A stretch of DNA of 64,000 nucleotides from Candidatus Kaiserbacteria bacterium (GTDB lineage Bacteria > Patescibacteriota > Minisyncoccia > Phycocordibacterales > UBA2100), in contig JACRFI010000007.1 in assembly GCA_016217965.1 (NCBI GenBank), positions 37,815 through 101,814 of the forward strand, given 5' to 3'. Below are positions 1 to 9,481 of this stretch, in pieces. A program made the position numbers and the translations under genes. The stretch's first letter is position 1. Each line of letters begins with the position of its first letter. The notes below the pieces were generated by a model. It worked only from the letters and a program-made list of their open reading frames with translations, was not told where the DNA came from and did not search any database.

Positions 1-688
1 TGCGGGCATCTTGTCGGCAAGCCTCAGCAACATCTTCCTTGTGGGGGCGGTTGCCGCGCTTGGCTCTGTGTTTCTCGTATTTGGAGGGATGGACACAGCC
101 AGCACATTTGGAAATATGGGCTCGAGCCGTGAGATGACGATAGCGTCAATGATAGAGCCTGCTCTCTATGTATCCTTGGCATCTCTCGCGGCATTCGCCA
201 GCTTCTGGAGCCTTGATGGCATCGTGCTGTATTTCGCGAGCGTACCGATGTATACGACACTTCCTGCAGCGCTCTCCTTAATAGCGCTCGTCTTCGTGCT
301 GCTTGCAGAGAACGCAAGATATCCAGTTGATAATCCTGCGACGCACCTCGAGCTCACGATGGTCCATGAAGCGATGGTACTCGAGTATTCGGGCCCCTAT
401 CTCGCGCTCCTCGAATATGCATCGTGGATAAAACTTACGGCGATGCTCGCGTTAGTTGCGAACCTTGTATTTCCGTGGGGGATACTTGTTGCTCCTTTCG
501 CGGGTTTTGCATTTGTAGTTGCGCTTGCTGCATTTGTAATTAAGCTCGCACTTGGCGCGTTCGTTATCGCGTATATCGAATCAACAATCGTTAAGATGCG
601 TTTCTACCGCATGCAAGAGTACACGTCGCTCGCGCTCATCATCGCACTCGGCGGCCTCGCAGTTGTCCTTTTCACTTTTGCTATATGA
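1..688 (+). CDS. Complex-I/formate-hydrogenlyase-type membrane subunit (NuoH/HycD/HyfC-like), 5'-truncated at window edge
   Basis: ORF runs from window start; multi-TM protein with the '...NPATHLELTMVHEAMVLEYSG...' segment typical of the NuoH/HycD family; first gene of a co-directional NuoH-HyfE-NuoN-NuoCD-like operon. Confidence 0.5.
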   Translation, partial: AGILSASLSNIFLVGAVAALGSVFLVFGGMDTASTFGNMGSSREMTIASMIEPALYVSLASLAAFASFWSLDGIVLYFASVPMYTTLPAALSLIALVFVLLAENARYPVDNPATHLELTMVHEAMVLEYSGPYLALLEYASWIKLTAMLALVANLVFPWGILVAPFAGFAFVVALAAFVIKLALGAFVIAYIESTIVKMRFYRMQEYTSLALIIALGGLAVVLFTFAI

Positions 689-710
689 CTTCCTTTTCCA
701 CTCTAAGCGA

Positions 711-812
711 ACGCAGGCAGGGCTATTTTGCCGTCTTCGCAGGCCTGACGAGGCCGAGACCGAGCGCGGCGAGAGCAGCGCCAGATAGCGACGGCAAAAT
801 AGCCCTGCCTAG
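711..812. repeat. Dispersed GC-rich palindromic element, family D copy 1 (23-bp terminal inverted repeats gcaggcagggctattttgccgtc / gacggcaaaatagccctgcctgc)
   Basis: Interior (gctatctgg...ggcctgcgaagacggcaaaa) is ~85% identical in reverse orientation to 59649..59738; lies intergenic between two membrane-subunit genes. Confidence 0.6.
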
Positions 813-824
813 TGAGCTACACCT

Positions 825-1490
825 ATGATGATGCAAATCCACAACTTTGATCTGCCAACTCTGCTTGCAGGCGGCATGCTTCTCCTTTCGCTTATTATGG
901 TCAGCCGCATGCGGCTCGCATCGCTGGTTGGCACATTCCGTTACCAGAGCGCGCTCCTTGCCGCATACGCGCTTATTATTGCGGTTTCGCATGATGAGCC
1001 CGAGCTTCTCGCCGCGGCGTTGTTCATCGCGTTCATCAAAGTCGTCTTCATTCCGTCGTTCCTCCTCCGCGTCGCGAAGAAGAATCAGGTCAGTGAGCGC
1101 CTCGAATCATACGTGCGGCCGACAATGTCGACGGCAATAGGCGTAGGAGCAATACTTCTTGCCTTCGCCGGAGCGCGCGCCGTATTCGAAACGTTTGCGA
1201 CAGAAGCCAGCATCGCGATAGTTGCATGCGTATTCGCGCTTATCTTGACTGGGCTCATCCTTCTCATCACGAGAAAGGATATGTTTGGGGAGGCGATAGG
1301 CTTTCTCGTCATGGAGAATGGCGTATACGCGTTCGGGCTCGCGCTTACGGGAGGCATGCCCATTTTTGTCGAGCTCGCGATACTCTTTGACCTTCTCGCT
1401 CTCACTGTTCTCATCATTGCGCTTCTTCGCGTTGCACAGAAGGTGCACTCATCTGTCTCGACAGAAAACCTGCGTAGGTTAATTGACTAG
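825..1490 (+). CDS. Hydrogenase-4 component E-like small membrane subunit (HyfE-like)
   Basis: 221-aa polytopic membrane protein of HyfE size and hydrophobicity pattern, between NuoH-like and NuoN-like genes. Confidence 0.45.
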   Translation: MMMQIHNFDLPTLLAGGMLLLSLIMVSRMRLASLVGTFRYQSALLAAYALIIAVSHDEPELLAAALFIAFIKVVFIPSFLLRVAKKNQVSERLESYVRPTMSTAIGVGAILLAFAGARAVFETFATEASIAIVACVFALILTGLILLITRKDMFGEAIGFLVMENGVYAFGLALTGGMPIFVELAILFDLLALTVLIIALLRVAQKVHSSVSTENLRRLID

Positions 1491-2955
1491 TATGGAAATA
1501 ACACTTCTTCTCGTGGTGACTCTCGTTGCGGCAGCGATGCCGTATCTAAGCCGCACGACAAAGCAGATTCGCGTCATAGCGATTATCGGCAGCACATGCG
1601 CATTCCTCCTCGCGCTGTTTGTTGGAGTCCCTGCACTCTTCGAGGAGGCAACAGTGGCGGGGGGCGGGCTTTGGTACATGGACGCACTGTCAGGATTCTT
1701 TGTGCTTCTCATTGGATTTGTGCAATGGACCGGAATGATGGCGAGTGTGTCGTACATGAAGCATGAGGAAGAAGAGGGAATTGTCGATGCGTCAAAAGTG
1801 AAGCGCTACTTTACGCTTTTCAATCTGTTCGTCCTTGCGATGCTTCTTTCTGTAGTCTCAAACAACACTGGAATCGTTTGGGCGGCACTGGAAGGCACGA
1901 CTCTTGTTACCACGTTCCTCGTCGGTTTTTATGACCGCAAAGAATCCCTCGAAGCGGCATGGAAGTATCTTATCCTTTGTTCGACTGGCATCACATTTGG
2001 GCTTCTCGGCATTCTCGTGATGTTCTACGCCGCTTCGGCGGTTGGCGCAGATAGTGTATCGGCGATGAGTTGGTCCAATTTGCTCTGGATGGGGGAGATG
2101 CTGCCAGAGAGCATCATAAAAATAGCGTTTGTTCTCATACTCATTGGATTTGGCACAAAAGTGGGCCTTGCTCCGATGCATGCATGGTTACCTGATGCAC
2201 ATTCGAGCGCACCTTCTCCCATTTCTGGAATGCTCTCAGGTGTTCTCCTTAATGCGGCTCTCCTTCCCATTCTCCGGTTCAAGGGCATCGTGGATGGGGC
2301 CGCAGCGCCCGGCTGGAGCGATCAATTGATGATAGCCTTTGGCGTTATGTCACTCGTTGTGCCAGCAGCGTTCATTCTGATTCAGCGTGATTACAAGCGG
2401 CTTCTCGCATACTCTTCAATCGAACATATGGGTCTCATAACGTTTTCCTCGGGCCTTGGGGCTGTTGGAGCGGTAGCCTCGGTTGTTCATATTGCGGGAC
2501 ACGCGCTTTCAAAGTCTGCACTCTTCTTCGGAGCAGGGAACATTCTTGCGGCGTATCGGAGCACGAAATTTGAGAATGTGTACGGCGTTGTGAAAGTCTT
2601 GCCATATACGGGCGCTCTCTTTTTAATTGCGCTCCTTGGACTTCTCGCTGTCCCGCCATCTCCGATATTCCTCAGCGAATATTTTATTGCCGCTGCGGCA
2701 ATACAGACGCATCCATATGCCCTAGCCGCCATCGGCGTTGCGCTCGCCGTTATATTTGCAGGCTTTCTCATGCTCCTTAGCCCCATGCTCTTTTCGAAGA
2801 AGGTTAGTGCGCAAGCGGAGGAGGGAGATGGCGAATCCTGGAACTTCTCGCACACAGGCATCACGCTTAACCTGCTCGTTCTCGTTGCACTCGGCATCTT
2901 TGTCTGGACGCGAGGGGGCGCGGAGATTGTGGCGAGAATAGCATCCCTGCTTTAA
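1483..2955 (+). CDS. NuoL/M/N-family proton-pumping antiporter-like subunit (HyfF/HyfB-like)
   Basis: 490 aa, ~14 TM; conserved 'WLPDAHSSAPSPISGMLSGVLLNAALLPILRF' motif of the NuoN/Mrp antiporter family. Confidence 0.7.
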   Translation: MTSMEITLLLVVTLVAAAMPYLSRTTKQIRVIAIIGSTCAFLLALFVGVPALFEEATVAGGGLWYMDALSGFFVLLIGFVQWTGMMASVSYMKHEEEEGIVDASKVKRYFTLFNLFVLAMLLSVVSNNTGIVWAALEGTTLVTTFLVGFYDRKESLEAAWKYLILCSTGITFGLLGILVMFYAASAVGADSVSAMSWSNLLWMGEMLPESIIKIAFVLILIGFGTKVGLAPMHAWLPDAHSSAPSPISGMLSGVLLNAALLPILRFKGIVDGAAAPGWSDQLMIAFGVMSLVVPAAFILIQRDYKRLLAYSSIEHMGLITFSSGLGAVGAVASVVHIAGHALSKSALFFGAGNILAAYRSTKFENVYGVVKVLPYTGALFLIALLGLLAVPPSPIFLSEYFIAAAAIQTHPYALAAIGVALAVIFAGFLMLLSPMLFSKKVSAQAEEGDGESWNFSHTGITLNLLVLVALGIFVWTRGGAEIVARIASLL

Positions 2956-2963
2956 ATATTGAT

Positions 2964-4484
2964 ATGACAAAAGAATCACTTATGCACGAGCTACAGCTTA
3001 GAGGGGAGGGCACTTTGCAAGTGCCGCCGCAAGACCTGCGTATGCACGCAGAAATGTGTGTTGCGCTCGGTGCCCCGCTCGTTTTTATGTACGCAACCGA
3101 AGAAGCCAATGCATTCAGAGTGCATGCGGTGTTCTCCGCAGAAGACGGATTCATTACGCTCGCGAGCGATCTTCCAAAGAGCTCTCCCTCTTTTCCGTCT
3201 CTTACGCGCAGCATCATGGCTGCGCATTGGTTCGAACGCTTGATGCACGACCAATTTGGGATAGTGGCAAAAGAGCATCCGGATTGGCGCCGCCTTATGC
3301 ATCACGAGAATATTCCAGAGGGGACGCACCCAATGCGAAAGGAATTCATGTGGAACACGAAGCTAGATCACGCGAATGTGCCGTACCCAATGCACGCGGT
3401 GGAAGGAAAGGGTGTCTATGAGATTCCAGTAGGGCCGATCCACGCTGGCATCATCGAGCCAGGACATTTTAGATTTAATGTTCGCGGCGAACGGATACTG
3501 ACGCTTGAGGGCAAGTTGTTCTTCAAGCATAAAGGTGTCGAGAAATTGGTTGAAGGCAAGACGCCTGAAGAGGCGTTTCCCTTTATTGAAAGGATCTCTG
3601 GCGACATGGTAGTGGGGCATTCGCTCTGCTTTGCACAGGCCCTCGAGGAGGCATCCGGCATCACGATATCCGAGCGAGCGAAATATTTGCGCGTCCTCTG
3701 GAGTGAATTAGAGCGGGCGAGCGCGCACATATTCGATATCGGGAATATGGGCGGTATGGGGACCGGATTCACCTTTATGGCGGCGCAAGGATTTCGCATG
3801 GTGGAGGAGATGAGGCGCATGTATGCATCCCTCGTTGGACATCGATTCTTGCGGGGAGCAATAACAATCGGGGGTGCGCACGATATTGATGAATCAGGTG
3901 CTGCAGAGATTCTGAACACCATCGATCGCATAGAGCGCGAAATGAAGCGAATCCTCCAGATCGCATATGGCAGCGATGGGCTCATGGAACGGTTTGAAAC
4001 GACCGGAGTCTTATCGAACGAAGCAGCGAAGGCGTATGGCGCGCGCGGCGTGCCTGCGCGCGCATCGGGAGTCGCATTCGATGTTCGCACAGCACATCCG
4101 TACGCAGCATACAAAGAGCTCGGAGTGAACGTAGTAACAGAAAAAGTAGGCGATGTCGCGGCGCGCTTCAAGGTGCGCGATAGGGAACTCACTGAATCTT
4201 TACGCCTAATACGCGAGGTTCTCGCGAAGCTGCCGAAAGGCGAGGTGCAGGCTAAGATCGCGTTCAAAGAAGGGAGTGCACTAGGAGCTGTGGAGTCATG
4301 GCGCGGCGCAGTCATCAATTTCGTACGTCTCGACTCAAGCGGAAAGATAGACCGTTGCGCCATTTCTGACCCATCTTTCTGCAACTGGCCTCTTTTTGGC
4401 GAGATAGGACCAGGCAACATCGTTCCTGACTTTCCACTGTGCAACAAGAGCCTCAACCTTTCGTACTCGGGGACGGATTTGTAA
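2964..4484 (+). CDS. NuoC-NuoD / HycE-like fused 'large subunit' lacking canonical [NiFe] cysteine ligands (Ehr/complex-I-like)
   Basis: Has 'VGPIHAGIIEPGHFRF' of group-4 hydrogenase large subunits, but the N-terminal RxCGxCxxxH motif reads 'ERISGDMVVGHS' (both Cys lost) and the C-terminal DPCxxC reads 'DPSFCN'; an N-terminal NuoC-like domain is fused. Confidence 0.65.
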   Translation: MTKESLMHELQLRGEGTLQVPPQDLRMHAEMCVALGAPLVFMYATEEANAFRVHAVFSAEDGFITLASDLPKSSPSFPSLTRSIMAAHWFERLMHDQFGIVAKEHPDWRRLMHHENIPEGTHPMRKEFMWNTKLDHANVPYPMHAVEGKGVYEIPVGPIHAGIIEPGHFRFNVRGERILTLEGKLFFKHKGVEKLVEGKTPEEAFPFIERISGDMVVGHSLCFAQALEEASGITISERAKYLRVLWSELERASAHIFDIGNMGGMGTGFTFMAAQGFRMVEEMRRMYASLVGHRFLRGAITIGGAHDIDESGAAEILNTIDRIEREMKRILQIAYGSDGLMERFETTGVLSNEAAKAYGARGVPARASGVAFDVRTAHPYAAYKELGVNVVTEKVGDVAARFKVRDRELTESLRLIREVLAKLPKGEVQAKIAFKEGSALGAVESWRGAVINFVRLDSSGKIDRCAISDPSFCNWPLFGEIGPGNIVPDFPLCNKSLNLSYSGTDL

Positions 4485-4502
4485 TTGCCGAGAAATTTTG
4501 GT

Positions 4503-6188
4503 CTATGCACCAGAATGAACGATCAACCGACGCGATTCCACGGTTCCTTTGGCAGCTCGGATGAGGCGCAAGTATAGCCTGAGATTTCGAGGTTGGCCGA
4601 ATCGGAGGCGATCGTCGCGGAATTCTCTCTCCGTTTCTGCTTTAAGAGCAGGTAAAAGTCCCCGCTCATCGACGACGATCTTATCGAGTCCTCTAAATAC
4701 TTTAACCTCATGTAATCGAATGCATTCACGCCTCTCTTCTGCGGTCAAACTCACCACCTCATTCGGATCCTCCACGATGCCCTTTATGATCGAACTATCT
4801 ATGCCAGCTTGAATGAGAATGTCCTCGTTTGTAAGGATTTTGACCGTATCTGGGTGGAATCGCTTAACAGGCTCTGGATGTTCCGGCTCGATCATGTCAT
4901 GCGGCTCTGCGCCGACAACAGCGTCAATGTAGATTTGCTTTGTGCGGTCCTCTCGGGACATGACCTGCTTCACGATTAATGGGACGTCGTGAACTATTTG
5001 TTGATGAATGAAAGGGAGGTCTCCCTCTGATATGTTCGTAATGCCTGCGACCAAGGTTGAACGATACACGACGGGTGGTTCCACTTTATTGTTAAGGATC
5101 TTGTTCGCGCGCTCTCCGATAGACACGTGCATGGTATTCGAAATGTGTTGGGGCACGTTGGACACATGGATCCCTCCTTTTTCGTCGATACGTACTCCAA
5201 CTCGGTCGTCTGCGCAGGATATCAGGACTTTTTTCATCTCCTCGTCGGGCTTTTCCGGCTTTGGCAGCGCTTTATTGAATCTGAGTATTGCAGCGTGCAC
5301 ATCTTGAAGCGCTGGTCTCTTTTCCCCCAAATATAAGGATCCTGATGCCTGTAGTTTCTTTTCTGGGTCCGGCACGATTTCTCCTTTTGAAAAATGATCT
5401 TTCAAGAACCTGTCATATCGTTGCGGAGGTGTGATAAGCCTCGGCTTGTCGGTTGCTGTCGACGTTCGACGCCCTTTAACGAGAACATTCTTTTTACCGT
5501 CCGTGGCCCAAGCGATAAGTGCTGCTTGCGCAAGTGCGCTCATCATGGCACGTGCCGTGTCGTTGCCATGCGCTCCGCAGCAATGCGCATCGTGTTCGTG
5601 GCCTCGGACAAGCGCTTCGTAATGATAGGTTGTTATATATTGGTCTGCTTCTCCAACATCTTGCATCACGTGGTGCTTCTGTAATTTATATGCGCCGGCG
5701 ATCCGCTGTCCAAGATATATCATTTGTGCGACCGGGTCTGGATCACGAGCCTTTTGCAGCCAGTCTTCGACGATCGTTTCCCATCTAATCGCCGCTTTAT
5801 CGGGTGATAGCGGTATTATCTCTCCTCCGGGTGCGCGAAGCCGAATGCAATGCTCGGATGCTTCAATGCCTTTTGTAAGCTCCAACAGTTCGGCAATAGC
5901 CTCAGATTTCCCCGTGGTGCTGGTCTCCCACTTGATGTCTTCCTGCAGCGAAGCAAGAGCTCCTTCTGGAGTTAACGGAAAAACAACGCGCAATATTTCA
6001 TCTTTGTCTCCGCCGATTATTGAAAACCCAGCTTTGAAACCCTGTAAAAAGAGTCCAACAGTCGAGCGCTGCTTTTCTATAGGCCATGGTTCGTGGCCTT
6101 GTTTTTGCCGTGTGAATTGTATTTGTATTTCTTCGAAAAGCTTCGCGGATTCTGGGAGCCGCAGAAGCGGTATTTCTTCGCCATTCAT
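4503..6188 (-). CDS. Hypothetical protein (561 aa), soluble, with His-rich 'GHEHDAHCCGAHGND' putative metal-binding segment
   Basis: Long ORF with coherent composition; no family recognised by eye; no Walker motifs. Confidence 0.5.
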   Translation of the reverse strand: MNGEEIPLLRLPESAKLFEEIQIQFTRQKQGHEPWPIEKQRSTVGLFLQGFKAGFSIIGGDKDEILRVVFPLTPEGALASLQEDIKWETSTTGKSEAIAELLELTKGIEASEHCIRLRAPGGEIIPLSPDKAAIRWETIVEDWLQKARDPDPVAQMIYLGQRIAGAYKLQKHHVMQDVGEADQYITTYHYEALVRGHEHDAHCCGAHGNDTARAMMSALAQAALIAWATDGKKNVLVKGRRTSTATDKPRLITPPQRYDRFLKDHFSKGEIVPDPEKKLQASGSLYLGEKRPALQDVHAAILRFNKALPKPEKPDEEMKKVLISCADDRVGVRIDEKGGIHVSNVPQHISNTMHVSIGERANKILNNKVEPPVVYRSTLVAGITNISEGDLPFIHQQIVHDVPLIVKQVMSREDRTKQIYIDAVVGAEPHDMIEPEHPEPVKRFHPDTVKILTNEDILIQAGIDSSIIKGIVEDPNEVVSLTAEERRECIRLHEVKVFRGLDKIVVDERGLLPALKAETEREFRDDRLRFGQPRNLRLYLRLIRAAKGTVESRRLIVHSGA

Positions 6189-6282
6189 AGGGACATTTTA
6201 ATGCATCGTTTCGCCCTTGTGCAAAGCGTTTCGTAGTGTCATAACAGAACGAAAAGTTAGAAGGTGGCCGAATCGTAGAGGC

Positions 6283-6858
6283 CTACGCATCCTTGTTTCT
6301 TAACTCGACAATGAATGGAGTCCCAGTTCGGAAAAGATTCTCTTCGGCGGCAGGTGTCTCCCGCATCTTTAGCTGATCTAGCTTTGTCCTGTACGACCTC
6401 CCTTCGTTGATCTCAGCAACGAGGCCGTATGCTCCATATTGGATGTTCTTGAGAAATGCAGAACGATCTGCAGCGAGGTTTTCTATGATAATTATCTTGC
6501 CATTCTTTGTTAGTTTCTTCTTAAGTCCAGGCAATATGTTTTCGAATACGTCTTCTGTAAGGCCTGATTTTTTGGCGCTTACGACGTTCGGGATGTAGAG
6601 TGCGCTTAAGTTCCCATCGTGGAGATTGGACGCAGAAAAATCTTGCAGACTCATTTTAGCTGCTGAGTCGGCTTTAACCTGTTCGCTGAGGCCCCATTTG
6701 TCTGGCGAAAACACGAATACATGAGCGCCATTTTTCATTTGCTCTTGAACGTCTAACGAAAGGTCGATAACGCTTCTTCCTTGTTTATCACCAGACCCAG
6801 CCTCCGCTATGACGCTCTCCGATTGTCGTTTTATGAAATCTCGCGGCCTATTCTGCAT
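6283..6858 (-). CDS. Hypothetical protein (191 aa)
   Basis: Intact ORF directly downstream of (co-directional with) the 561-aa gene; no recognisable motifs (weak Rossmann-like feel only). Confidence 0.4.
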   Translation of the reverse strand: MQNRPRDFIKRQSESVIAEAGSGDKQGRSVIDLSLDVQEQMKNGAHVFVFSPDKWGLSEQVKADSAAKMSLQDFSASNLHDGNLSALYIPNVVSAKKSGLTEDVFENILPGLKKKLTKNGKIIIIENLAADRSAFLKNIQYGAYGLVAEINEGRSYRTKLDQLKMRETPAAEENLFRTGTPFIVELRNKDA

Positions 6859-6915
6859 GAATCACTATAGCATCTTAATTACATGGCCTAGAAGCCGAAA
6901 TGCTACACTCGTCAC

Positions 6916-7806
6916 ATGTACTGGGGCGAAGATTTGGATGAACGGCTGTACGAGGGTATAGAAGAGACCCACATTGAGGGAATGGAGATTGACTCGAAGC
7001 TTCCGATTACCCACTGGAGCTATTCGTCTCTGATGTCGTTCCTTCGGAACCCGCTGGCATGGTACAAGCGCTATGTTGAGAAGGTGTATGACCAGCCGTC
7101 GTCGCCCGCCGGAATCATCGGGCGCGCTGCGCATGTTGCGCTGCAGCATTTTTATGGAGGCATCGCGAAAGAAGGGGCAATTCAGCTTGGCCTCGAGTAC
7201 CTGCGTGACGTGCCAGATTTCGAGGTGAATTTCGGAAAATCGGCAAAAACAAAGAAGGCGCGAAAAGAAAAGCGACAAGCGATGGAAAGGGAATATCTGC
7301 AGGCAATCGGCTTTTATCTAGAAAAGCCTCCTAAATACGATGTTGTGGGCATTGAAGTGAAGGCAACGACAAAAGTCGCTGGGCTCCCACTCCCAATCCG
7401 TGCGATCTCCGACCTTATCGTGAAGTCAACGGGAAGTCCGCCAGCCGGCGGAGCGCTCGACATCGTGGACCATAAGTTCGTCGATTATTTCAGCCCGCTC
7501 GGTGGGCAAAAAACGCTGTTCATCATCCAGGCGATATTCAATTACTACACCGTAAAGAATATGTATAAAAAGCCAGTGCGGAGATTCATCCTTCAGGAGT
7601 GCAGAAAGAAAAGGAATGCAGACGGCTCGAAGCAAATGCGCCGCTACAGTATCGAATACGATAACTGCAAGGAGGAATTTAAAATATTCCACCGCCTTAT
7701 TAACGATGCGACTGCAGAAATATCGCGCTCTCGCCTCTACCTCCCAAACCCTTCAGACATGTTCGAGGGAGAGAATTCTTTTGATATATACCGCCTCGGT
7801 CTATGA
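6916..7806 (+). CDS. PD-(D/E)XK nuclease superfamily protein (RecB/Cas4-like nuclease fold, no Cys cluster)
   Basis: N-terminal 'WSYSSLMSFLRNPLAWYKRY' and 'GRAAHVALQHFY' plus 'D...DIVDHKF' (D-E/D-x-K) arrangement typical of the PDDEXK_1 family; divergent from the two preceding unknown genes. Confidence 0.6.
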   Translation: MYWGEDLDERLYEGIEETHIEGMEIDSKLPITHWSYSSLMSFLRNPLAWYKRYVEKVYDQPSSPAGIIGRAAHVALQHFYGGIAKEGAIQLGLEYLRDVPDFEVNFGKSAKTKKARKEKRQAMEREYLQAIGFYLEKPPKYDVVGIEVKATTKVAGLPLPIRAISDLIVKSTGSPPAGGALDIVDHKFVDYFSPLGGQKTLFIIQAIFNYYTVKNMYKKPVRRFILQECRKKRNADGSKQMRRYSIEYDNCKEEFKIFHRLINDATAEISRSRLYLPNPSDMFEGENSFDIYRLGL

Positions 7807-7809
7807 CCG

Positions 7810-7926
7810 AGGAATTTTAAATTTACAGTTCTCAATTTCCAATGAATTTTCAATGTTCCAATGTTTGAAAATTGATTCATTGAGACATTGATTGAAAATT
7901 GCAAAATTGAGACTTGAAAATTTAGA
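7810..7926. repeat. AT-rich dispersed intergenic element, family A copy 1 (~110 bp, internally palindromic, 'caattttcaatg/cattgaaaattg' words)
   Basis: ~85-95% identical to 11385..11502 (same orientation) and to 13861..13968 (reverse-complement orientation). Confidence 0.8.
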
Positions 7927-7932
7927 CCGCTT

Positions 7933-8709
7933 TTATTCTAAAAGCGTATCGATAAGCCCCTTCACTACGTTATAGGGTTGTGCACCTTCAAGCGGTACCT
8001 GATCTCCGTTGACAATGAGTATCGAGTGCGGAGTGCCTTGTCCGCCTGCAGCAGCGACTTCGTTGTAGTCCGTTGATACACGAGATGCGTACTTGCCGCT
8101 TTGGATGCAATTCTCGAATTGCTCGACATTAAGCCCGAGCTCTTTCGCGAAATCAGAGAGCTGCCCTGCGTCGGTATTGCTGCGAGGCGCTTTTTGCGCG
8201 TAGTACGGTTCGCCGTCTGGTCCAACAGGAACTTCTTTAGGGGAGTTGTGAACACCGATATCGAGCGCGTTGTTTGAACCTGTTTTTTCATACACCATGT
8301 CGGTGAATTTCCAGAACGTTTCGTTGCCTCCTTGCTCAGCCGCACATTCAAGCGCTTCAGCCTCTTTAGGTGCTTTAGGGTGGAGTTGCTCGATGGGGAA
8401 ATGACGGTATACCCATGCCACTTTCCCGCTCGAGCCGTACTCGCTGACTATTTGGTGCATTGTCTCATGGAATTGTTTGCAAAATGGGCATTCAGGATCA
8501 GAGAATTCGACTACTACGATCTCTGCTTCCGGATTTCCGAGGATATGATCATCGGCTTGGACAGTTCGGATCTCGGTCAAAACCTGTCCCTCACCCGGCC
8601 CCGCCGGCCCTGCAGCCTTGTTGCTATTCACATAAAATAGTGCCGCAGCTATCATCGCCCCTGCGATGACGATAGAAATTGGGACGGAGAACTTTTGTAA
8701 TGCTTCCAT
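7933..8709 (-). CDS. DsbA-family thiol:disulfide oxidoreductase, membrane-anchored
   Basis: N-terminal TM helix; thioredoxin-fold active site 'EFSDPECPFCKQFHE' (CPFC). Confidence 0.8.
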   Translation of the reverse strand: MEALQKFSVPISIVIAGAMIAAALFYVNSNKAAGPAGPGEGQVLTEIRTVQADDHILGNPEAEIVVVEFSDPECPFCKQFHETMHQIVSEYGSSGKVAWVYRHFPIEQLHPKAPKEAEALECAAEQGGNETFWKFTDMVYEKTGSNNALDIGVHNSPKEVPVGPDGEPYYAQKAPRSNTDAGQLSDFAKELGLNVEQFENCIQSGKYASRVSTDYNEVAAAGGQGTPHSILIVNGDQVPLEGAQPYNVVKGLIDTLLE

Positions 8710-8756
8710 GTTGGGTTATTGAACGATAAAAGTCTGGTAAGTGTACCGCAGGGGAT

Positions 8757-9329
8757 TCAAAAACCAAGTGTCTGCGTCAGCGCCGCGGTTTTACCCGACA
8801 GCCAGCGCGAAGTGTCAAGTTTTACGTCCTTCACTGTCCCTAGCTCCTTGAATTTCAATGAGCCATTCTTGACCGCGTAGTCGAAAATCTTCTTGGTTAT
8901 CTCTACGTCCTTGATGCAATACTCTCGCAGCTTCTTGATGTTTCCTTCTTTCCACCAGCGCATAGCATCGAGCCCGCTGCCACTCTTTTTCGATCCCAAT
9001 GTGCCTGCCGCTATTGAATCAAGCTTTACTCTTCGTCCCAATACGTTCGATACCTCCGCAAGAAGATCGATGGAACGCATCGTCGAGAGGTCGCCTGGAT
9101 AATATTTGTTCAAAATAGGGATGTCGAAGTGGTCGGAATTGAAGCCGACCAAGACATCCGCCTGCTCGAACAGTTTCCAGAGTCGCGGGAGGTCCTCTTT
9201 CAAGAACGAATCAAATGAATCCATCGCAGAATCGTGTGTACAGCAGATGGTGAGTTCGAGGTCTTTCAAATCAAACCCGCCTCGAGAGAACCCGCCGATG
9301 GTTTCGATGTCGAACGTGACGATTCTCAT
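8757..9329 (-). CDS. DEDD-type 3'-5' exonuclease (RNase H-like/DnaQ-like fold)
   Basis: Exo I 'FDIETIG', Exo II 'GFNSDHFDIPIL', Exo III 'YCIKDVEIT' motifs. Confidence 0.65.
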   Translation of the reverse strand: MRIVTFDIETIGGFSRGGFDLKDLELTICCTHDSAMDSFDSFLKEDLPRLWKLFEQADVLVGFNSDHFDIPILNKYYPGDLSTMRSIDLLAEVSNVLGRRVKLDSIAAGTLGSKKSGSGLDAMRWWKEGNIKKLREYCIKDVEITKKIFDYAVKNGSLKFKELGTVKDVKLDTSRWLSGKTAALTQTLGF

Positions 9330-9481
9330 CCCGTTAGAAGTAGGAAGCCTGCGCTTCCGACTTGTTAATGGCGTTTATAACACATCGACACATAATTATT
9401 GCAGCATTAAAGTCTGACCACGTTTCTAACTTCCGTAACTTCTAACGGGACGGATCGGGAAGAGTATAGCAGATACATATA

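Noticed and set aside
3416-4510. 364-aa minus-strand ORF
   Set aside because: Entirely antisense to the conserved NuoCD/HycE-like gene; Ser/Arg/Pro-rich low-complexity translation typical of GC-skewed antisense frames
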